From assembly GCA_963769885.1 (NCBI GenBank), contig CAVYNH010000004.1, positions 288,001 through 352,000 on the forward strand: 64,000 nucleotides of DNA. Direction: 5' to 3'. The position numbers and the translations under genes are program-made. Shown here piece after piece: positions 58,183 through 64,000 of this stretch; positions within the stretch are counted from its first letter, which is position 1, and each line of letters opens with the position of its first letter. The notes below the pieces were generated by a model. That model made no database searches and was not told where the DNA came from. It was given only the letters and a program-made list of their open reading frames with translations. This DNA comes from Methanobacteriota archaeon. GTDB lineage: Archaea; Thermoplasmatota; E2; DHVEG-1.

Positions 58183-59370
58183 ATGCCATCAGTCTGTCTC
58201 TATTTCGAAGTTCATCAGCCAATGAGATTAAATCGTTTTACGGTATTCAATATAGGTGCAAACCATAATCGACCTTCCGAGTATTTTAATAGTAAACTTA
58301 ACCAAGAAATCTTTGAAAAAGTTGCAAAAAAATGTTATCTTCCAACAAATAAAATATTGCTTGAATTAATTAATAAATATGATGGCAAATTTCGGGTTTC
58401 ATTTAGTTTAACCGGTACATTCATTGAATATTGTGAACGTTATATGCCTTCGGTTCTTGATAGTTTTAAGGCTCTGTTTGCCACAGGTGCTGTTGACCTC
58501 ATCGAGGAGACATATTTTCATTCACTTTCAAGCTTGTATGACGATCTGGATGAGTTCGAAAAGCAAGTACATATGCATCGGCAGATGATAAAAAGAATAT
58601 TTAACTATGAGCCAAAGATTTTCAGAAACACGGAAACAATCTATGATAACCGTATAGCAAGAAAAATAGCCGAGTTGGGATACAAAGGAATTATCACTGA
58701 AGGAGCAGATAAGATTTTAGGATGGCGTTCACCAAACTTTGTCTACAAACCAGTGAACGCAAATATCAAAGTACTCATGAGAAACTACAAACTCAGCGAC
58801 GATGTCGGGTTCCGGTTTTCTTCACGAAACTGGCCAGAATTCCCGCTGATGGCAGATAAATACGCGAACTGGATGTCCAACTCCTTTGGTGATGTCATTA
58901 ACCTGTTCATGGATTACGAAACCTTCGGGGAACACCAATGGACGGAAACCGGGATCTTTGAATTCCTCAAGCATCTCCCCGGGGAAGTCTTTAAACATGA
59001 TAACCTTGATTTTGCTACCGTCAGCGAAGTGGTTGAGCGATATAAACCTGTTGGAGAAATAGATGTCCCCTGGGCAATTTCATGGGCAGATGAAGATCGG
59101 AACGTCTCAACATGGCTTGGAAATGATATGCAAATAGCATGTTTTAACGAATTAAAAAACATCGGTAGAAAACTGAAAGAAAAGGGTAATGAGGTGCTAC
59201 TCAAAACCTGGCGTCGTCTCCAAACATCAGATCATTTGTACTACTGTTCAACAAAAGGTTTTGCTGACGGAGCTGTCCATGCCTATTTTAGCCCATATGA
59301 TGATCCCTACGAAGGATTTATGAACTACATGAATATATTACAAGATTTAAAACAAAGAGTAACTATGTAA
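58183..59370 (+). CDS. GH57 family alpha-amylase
   Basis: EVHQP, ETYFHSL, RNTE (nucleophile), DYETFGEH (acid/base), SWAD, QTSDH. Confidence 0.93.
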   Translation: MPSVCLYFEVHQPMRLNRFTVFNIGANHNRPSEYFNSKLNQEIFEKVAKKCYLPTNKILLELINKYDGKFRVSFSLTGTFIEYCERYMPSVLDSFKALFATGAVDLIEETYFHSLSSLYDDLDEFEKQVHMHRQMIKRIFNYEPKIFRNTETIYDNRIARKIAELGYKGIITEGADKILGWRSPNFVYKPVNANIKVLMRNYKLSDDVGFRFSSRNWPEFPLMADKYANWMSNSFGDVINLFMDYETFGEHQWTETGIFEFLKHLPGEVFKHDNLDFATVSEVVERYKPVGEIDVPWAISWADEDRNVSTWLGNDMQIACFNELKNIGRKLKEKGNEVLLKTWRRLQTSDHLYYCSTKGFADGAVHAYFSPYDDPYEGFMNYMNILQDLKQRVTM

Positions 59371-59406
59371 AGGTTGGTGATTGAAGATCAGAGGAGGTAA
59401 CGCATA

Positions 59407-59499
59407 ATGCCTAAATGTGAGCGATGTGGTAAATCCTTTAAAACTAAAAAGGCGCTACACATACACTATACAAAAGCACACAATAAAGGATATGCATGA
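59407..59499 (+). CDS. 30-aa C2H2 zinc-finger microprotein
   Basis: GAGGAGGT SD; MPKCERCGKSFKTKKALHIHYTKAHNKGYA. Confidence 0.8.
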   Translation: MPKCERCGKSFKTKKALHIHYTKAHNKGYA

Positions 59500-59616
59500 A
59501 TGCCTAAATGTGATCTTTGTCATAAATATTTTAAGACAAAGGCACAGATGAAACAACATAGAATAAAAGAACACACTAAGAAAATTTCTGGTACTCAATT
59601 TAGGATCCCCAAATAG
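59500..59616 (+). CDS. 38-aa C2H2 zinc-finger microprotein
   Basis: MPKCDLCHKYFKTKAQMKQHRIKEHTKKISGTQFRIPK. Confidence 0.78.
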   Translation: MPKCDLCHKYFKTKAQMKQHRIKEHTKKISGTQFRIPK

Positions 59617-59731
59617 AATTTTTATCTATGTGCTGTCAATCATTAGCACAAAACGGGGGGATTCTCAGAAAGGAATGTTTTTTAAAGAATAAGTTGTTAT
59701 TTTCTTGTAATTTGGAGGAGGCATAAAGAAT

Positions 59732-59971
59732 ATGAAAACAAGAAGTAAAACGATATACAAAGGAGAATTACTTAATCTGTATGATATATCCCCCAATACT
59801 GAAGACTTATTTGATGGTGTAATAGTAGAATATATAATCATCCGAGCCGGTAAAGAGAGTCACCAAATATTCATAGATAGAGCAACATTCAATAACATAA
59901 TAAAAGAACTCCCCAATGCAATAGCGAATTACAAACAATACAAAAATAAATACCCGAAAAGGAAGGCATAG
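59732..59971 (+). CDS. Hypothetical protein
   Basis: GGAGGAGG SD, 79 aa. Confidence 0.6.
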   Translation: MKTRSKTIYKGELLNLYDISPNTEDLFDGVIVEYIIIRAGKESHQIFIDRATFNNIIKELPNAIANYKQYKNKYPKRKA

Positions 59972-60183
59972 AGAATTATTGAATGTGCTATTCATGGAAC
60001 TGAATATGATGCAGTAAATAGTAGGGGCGTGTGTAACGATTGTAATAGTTTCCTAATAACCAATTTATATCATAATCTACTTTAAATATCAACGAGTGTT
60101 TTGAAGATATAATTTGCAAGAGGGAAGGGTATGTTTTTAAAGAAAAAGATGCCTTGAAATATTGTAGATTTGAGGGGAGACAA

Positions 60184-60387
60184 ATGAAAGAGAAAAAATA
60201 TCCCACAACCGAAAGAAGCAGAAAGCGACTAGGAAGACTAAAAACCGAAGAAAAAATATACGAAGAAACGCAGAAAGAAGAAAAGAAAAGAACACAAAAA
60301 GATATTATCCTGGACGAAGAAGAAGACGAAGAAAAAGAAGAGGAAGAAGACGATGAATATGCGAATTGTTCAAAAAAAGAAACGTAG
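60184..60387 (+). CDS. Small charged protein with basic N-terminus and poly-acidic tail
   Basis: GAGGGGAG SD; DEEEDEEKEEEEDDE tract. Confidence 0.6.
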   Translation: MKEKKYPTTERSRKRLGRLKTEEKIYEETQKEEKKRTQKDIILDEEEDEEKEEEEDDEYANCSKKET

Positions 60388-60576
60388 AAGATAAAACTAT
60401 ATAGCCGCCCAGAAAAAGCAGTTATGAAATTGTAGGTTTTAGTGGGGGGAATGTGGTAAAAAGAAGATTCCTGAAAAGGATATGATGTGCTTAAGAGGAA
60501 CACAGACCATTCAAAATTATAAAAATACTCGCACAAAATTTTATGATCAAGAATAAAAAGAAATATCAAAAAAATA

Positions 60577-60711
60577 TTATTTTTTATCTTTCTTGCCGCT
60601 ATCTATTATTTTTCTAGCTCTATCAACACCGTGTTCGTAGTCGTCTTTTCTAAGTTTAATTCTTCTCGTTTTTCTTTTATTATAATCTGGATGTTTTTTA
60701 ATGTGAGGCAT
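60577..60711 (-). CDS. 44-aa basic microprotein
   Basis: MPHIKKHPDYNKRKTRRIKLRKDDYEHGVDRARKIIDSGKKDKK. Confidence 0.5.
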   Translation of the reverse strand: MPHIKKHPDYNKRKTRRIKLRKDDYEHGVDRARKIIDSGKKDKK

Positions 60712-61074
60712 ATATTTTAGAACATTTGCTGATTTAAAAAGATATCTGGTGACTGGAAAAATGTTGAATCAATCCAATAATTTTTCTATGCTCATGACCG
60801 TTAGTGCAGAGGACAAGAAATTGACACGATTTTAAAAGTAAAAAAATTGTGTTTTTCTTCTATTAATTAACCGTGCTAATAAAAACAGGTTAAAATTATA
60901 CTAAAACCTTCAAACAGAAATCTTTATTTTACATTATCGGAGAAACATTAGCATGGTTAAACCCATGTTTTTGTGCAAATGATTATCAAGCAAATAAACG
61001 GGTTACCCAAAGGATTTTTTCATATATTTACCATCATCGCACTGTATGCGTTCCCGTAATATTATGAATATTTT

Positions 61075-61425
61075 TTACGAATTTTTCTCAGCAATGTCAC
61101 CAACAACAGGCAATTTCCATTTCTGCCCCTGGAACGCTTTAATCATCAGAATAACCCACAAGATTATCACAAGGACCCAGAACAGCCAGCTGATCCACCA
61201 CAGGAAATACCAACCAGGGCCGTAATTGAATAACCCGAAAAACCCACCGAAAATCCACCCGAGGATGGATAGTGGCAGAAACACCAAAATAGACTGCATC
61301 GCATGAAAACGAATCGTCTTATTTTTATCATCGATAAAATAGAAGATTATGCCGGTGATCCAAATCCCAAGGTAACAGAGCGCTGCCTCAACATTTTCCT
61401 CAAGTCCTAACGATGTTTTTACCAT
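61075..61425 (-). CDS. DUF4870-type membrane protein
   Basis: TSLGLEENV..ALCY, IRFHAMQS, KAFQG..WKLPVVG motifs. Confidence 0.85.
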   Translation of the reverse strand: MVKTSLGLEENVEAALCYLGIWITGIIFYFIDDKNKTIRFHAMQSILVFLPLSILGWIFGGFFGLFNYGPGWYFLWWISWLFWVLVIILWVILMIKAFQGQKWKLPVVGDIAEKNS

Positions 61426-61505
61426 ATTTTTTCCTTCTGTCCATTCACACTCATCTTTTATTTAATGATTTTCATTCATCGCATGTATCGTTTTTTAAAA
61501 CGCTA

Positions 61506-61697
61506 TCATAATCCGATACTGTGAAAGATACCCACGAGAAAATCGAGTCCGATGAGAGCGATAATTACTATTGCGATGAAGATGAGAACCCATATAGCAA
61601 ATTTTATTACTCCCCATAGCAGAAACACGATCACAAGAATTCCAAGAAGTACCGCCCAAAACGGAATTGTATAACCAAATACATCCATCTCTTTCAC
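61506..61697 (-). CDS. Small membrane protein
   Basis: Two long hydrophobic segments. Confidence 0.65.
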   Translation of the reverse strand: MKEMDVFGYTIPFWAVLLGILVIVFLLWGVIKFAIWVLIFIAIVIIALIGLDFLVGIFHSIGL

Positions 61698-61816
61698 TTC
61701 TCCGTCTACAAACGATTATTTTTATTTCTTTTTTTCTGAAACACCTTCATTTACATCTCTCTTTTATTTATTCATTCTCATTCGGTAAATAGACGAGCGG
61801 ACAAACTAACCAATAT

Positions 61817-61954
61817 TTAAGTCCTCATTATGTTTTTACCTGCTGGACGGTTTTTAACCATCCCCTTTCCACCCGGACGACCGCCTGTCTTTGCTCCTCT
61901 TTTAGCTCGGTTTTTGGCTGCCGTCATTCTGCCGCCTCTGCTTTTCTTTGCCAT
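61817..61954 (-). CDS. 45-aa Lys/Arg/Gly-rich microprotein
   Basis: GGAGGT SD; MAKKSRGGRMTAAKNRAKRGAKTGGRPGGKGMVKNRPAGKNIMRT. Confidence 0.7.
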   Translation of the reverse strand: MAKKSRGGRMTAAKNRAKRGAKTGGRPGGKGMVKNRPAGKNIMRT

Positions 61955-62021
61955 ATTTTATCTACCTCCAAATTTTTTCTTTTTTCATTCTATTTTGTCT
62001 CTCATTTTGAGGTCCAAGATA

Positions 62022-62168
62022 TCAAACGACTTTTATGATTCCCATTAACACCATGACGATAATTGCCAATACTATCGCTCCGAGAAGACCGAAAATGAAC
62101 CAACCTGCCAGGAATGCTATTACCGAAAATATTGTGATGTGGGTCCATTCAACTTTTATGGCTGCCAT
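62022..62168 (-). CDS. 48-aa membrane microprotein
   Basis: MAAIKVEWTHITIFSVIAFLAGWFIFGLLGAIVLAIIVMVLMGIIKVV; AGGA SD just after the lipoprotein stop. Confidence 0.7.
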   Translation of the reverse strand: MAAIKVEWTHITIFSVIAFLAGWFIFGLLGAIVLAIIVMVLMGIIKVV

Positions 62169-62178
62169 TTTAATCGTC

Positions 62179-62526
62179 CTATGCTTTGGTTAGCGTGACA
62201 GATCCACCGTTAGAATTTGTAAATATCAGTTGATTATCAGTAGGGAATCTATAATCATAGGTCACACCAAAAGATCCACCAGACTGGGTGAAAGTTATTT
62301 TTGCACCTGCAACAGCCCACGTATAGGTTCCGCTTAATGAGAAGTCTCCAATTTGACCAGTCATCGTCACATTGTTATCATTGGTGAAGGTCATAGTGCC
62401 TTCCCCACCGGTAGTTGTCCAGGTTCCAAGAAATTTACTTTTATCAATTGCGTTCGTGCAACCGCTTAAGCTTATTGTTGTCAACATCACTAGCACAATT
62501 CCAACAAGGACGAAATGTTTTTTCAT
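62179..62526 (-). CDS. Lipoprotein, small beta-barrel (lipocalin-like)
   Basis: LSGC lipobox; FLGTW and GTYTW motifs. Confidence 0.8.
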   Translation of the reverse strand: MKKHFVLVGIVLVMLTTISLSGCTNAIDKSKFLGTWTTTGGEGTMTFTNDNNVTMTGQIGDFSLSGTYTWAVAGAKITFTQSGGSFGVTYDYRFPTDNQLIFTNSNGGSVTLTKA

Positions 62527-62579
62527 CTAAATACCTCAGCGTATGGTCCTATCAACTCCCGGTCTATATATAGAAATGA

Positions 62580-62611
62580 CTTAAAAACAATAAAAAAACA
62601 GTATAAAAACA
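62580..62611 (-). promoter_or_regulatory. Conserved upstream element, copy 1
   Basis: 29/32 identical to 63915-63946; about 54 bp upstream of the ATG at 62526. Confidence 0.55.
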
Positions 62612-62829
62612 GTTCAAAACTAATTGATATTGAGGAACGACATGTTTGTACGAAAAGAAATCATGTATGCAACGATTAACGTTTTGTCCTCTGGTTTCTT
62701 CTGTAATACAGGAATGCAATATAAAAATTACTTCTTCCATAAGGCATTGAGGTATCGATTTAGTTTAATAAGAAGAAAGAGGAGGAGGTTCTGGGGAAAA
62801 ACCCAAAAAACCCCCAATCGATTTTATAC

Positions 62830-63171
62830 TTATAATGGCCCTATGACGGTGGGTAGGACGAAGCTGACAATGGCTGCGATGATCCATACGATAATAGCTA
62901 TACATAGTGCTTTCAGCCAGCCGATTTTATACAAAACGCCAAGAGCAATAAGCCAGGCTATTCCCCCAATGAGGGATGCTAACCATCCTAACTCAGGGCG
63001 GAGGAAATAGTAGGCAGCTGCATATATTATTGCGCCAACAAAGGCAGTTATTAAAGCAGTGCCGAATCCCTCTTTTTCTCCAAATAGTTTCGTTACGACA
63101 TAGATGATAATTGCCGATATAACAAGACTTATTAAAAATACAATTACTGTTGCTAACGTGACATCAATCAT
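62830..63171 (-). CDS. Four-TM membrane protein
   Basis: Hydrophobic, 113 aa. Confidence 0.75.
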   Translation of the reverse strand: MIDVTLATVIVFLISLVISAIIIYVVTKLFGEKEGFGTALITAFVGAIIYAAAYYFLRPELGWLASLIGGIAWLIALGVLYKIGWLKALCIAIIVWIIAAIVSFVLPTVIGPL

Positions 63172-63274
63172 TTTTTCCGCTCCAGGCTCCAGTACTGTTT
63201 ATTTACATTTTCTTAGTTTATCTGAGAACAAGGAATAAGTATTGTGTATTCCGTGAACCAGATAAGGTTAACGT

Positions 63275-63475
63275 TTAATTTTTTTTGCTTGGTATCACTA
63301 CGCCTACTATAACCAACACAAGCCCACCAATGATCAATGGAATCATGTATTGCGCATATGGAGTGCTGCTTGTATTGACTAACCCGAATAACTGGGGGGT
63401 AGTTATTACCAAGGCACCCGCTATAAGACCAATTATAGCTACTACAACTCCGATGGCGACTAAGATGGTATTCAT
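63275..63475 (-). CDS. Small two-TM membrane protein
   Basis: AAGGAGGT SD; two TM helices. Confidence 0.75.
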   Translation of the reverse strand: MNTILVAIGVVVAIIGLIAGALVITTPQLFGLVNTSSTPYAQYMIPLIIGGLVLVIVGVVIPSKKN

Positions 63476-63566
63476 ATTTTTAACCTCCTTATTTCTTTAG
63501 TATCGTGTTTGGTGAGTATAGATGATCGCACGCGTTTGTGCGCGCGCCATCTATCTAGATTATGCA

Positions 63567-63866
63567 CTAACGATTTTCTACGTGTTCTATTGGTCTTAAG
63601 TACATATGAAGTTGTGCTTTTGAGACCTTCATGTTTAGTCCCCTGTCTGTCCAGCGAGCAACCCCTTCCTTCAGTGCTGAAATAGCCAGCATGTTATGTA
63701 CTCCATATTTCTTTGCCCCTAGCACAGATTCGGCTACCTCTCTGGTCAATTGGATCTCAAGATGAGTGATGTCCCAACGTTCTGGGTCTATCCCTATTTC
63801 CTTAACTGTGCCAATTTTTTCGTCTTGGGCGAAGACGTCTGCGTTCATAAATTTTTTACTTTCCAT
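63567..63866 (-). CDS. PRC-barrel domain protein
   Basis: VFAQDEKIGTVKEIGID...WDITHL; AGGTGA SD. Confidence 0.75.
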   Translation of the reverse strand: MESKKFMNADVFAQDEKIGTVKEIGIDPERWDITHLEIQLTREVAESVLGAKKYGVHNMLAISALKEGVARWTDRGLNMKVSKAQLHMYLRPIEHVENR

Positions 63867-63914
63867 TATCTATCACCTTGCTTACTTCATTGTCAGTATG
63901 TTATATTATCATAT

Positions 63915-63946
63915 CTTAAAAACAACTAAAGAACAGTATAAAAACA
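63915..63946 (-). promoter_or_regulatory. Conserved upstream element, copy 2
   Basis: 29/32 identical to 62580-62611; about 49 bp upstream of the ATG at 63866. Confidence 0.55.
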
Positions 63947-64000
63947 ATGTATTATGGAAAGAAACGAACGCTATGCAGTCTGTCGTTTATGCAGCAATGT

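Larger units (their letters stand above)
55055..64000. mobile_element. Low-GC genomic island, right end outside window
   Basis: Abrupt shift to AT-rich sequence and A/T-ending codons at the tRNA fragment; no integrase seen in the window. Confidence 0.6.

Noticed and set aside
59497-59499. TGA between the zinc fingers as selenocysteine
   Set aside because: It lies in the linker rather than at a Cys position, is followed by ATG with its own SD-like AAAGGA, and no SECIS was recognised
59988-60569. 193-aa Phe/Ser-rich minus-strand ORF (also 61830-62048 and 62624-63010 on +)
   Set aside because: Antisense shadows of A-rich or hydrophobic genes
1-64000. CRISPR array, intact tRNA or rRNA, transposase, integrase
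   Set aside because: No regularly spaced repeats, full cloverleaf or recombinase motifs were seen; only a tRNA 3' fragment. A covariance-model scan was not possible

Overview
Archaeal chromosomal window, most consistent with a Thermoplasmatota lineage (inferred from ArcS, the A1AO ATP synthase order H-I-K-E-C-F-A-B-D, a DUF835 regulator and many PKD/PQQ/CARDB surface proteins). Bases 1-~55,030 are high-GC host DNA. They carry secreted/surface proteins, purH, arcS, rnhA, RPA, a response regulator, a translationally coupled mtrA-mtrH-core metE-DUF4346 operon, an 11-gene group-4 [NiFe] hydrogenase, a complete A1AO ATP synthase, a divergent membrane pyrophosphatase, transporters, HtrA and a geranylgeranyl reductase. 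At 55,038-55,054 a tRNA-Ser-like 3' fragment coincides with an abrupt drop in GC and marks a probable integrated island (AOR/GOR-type pair, GH57 amylase, RHH protein, many microproteins including two tandem C2H2 zinc fingers). Best candidates for undescribed biology: (1) a soluble, split corrinoid methyl relay for methionine synthesis built from Mtr parts; (2) a response regulator with Glu at its phospho-acceptor site next to the decayed relic of a histidine kinase; (3) saw-tooth C/A-to-G/T strand-skew domains that reshape protein composition; (4) unannotated microprotein families; (5) a recurring C-terminal FPHAFP(I/V)LRxLL tail on secreted PKD proteins. All family calls are by motif recognition only; no database searches were run.
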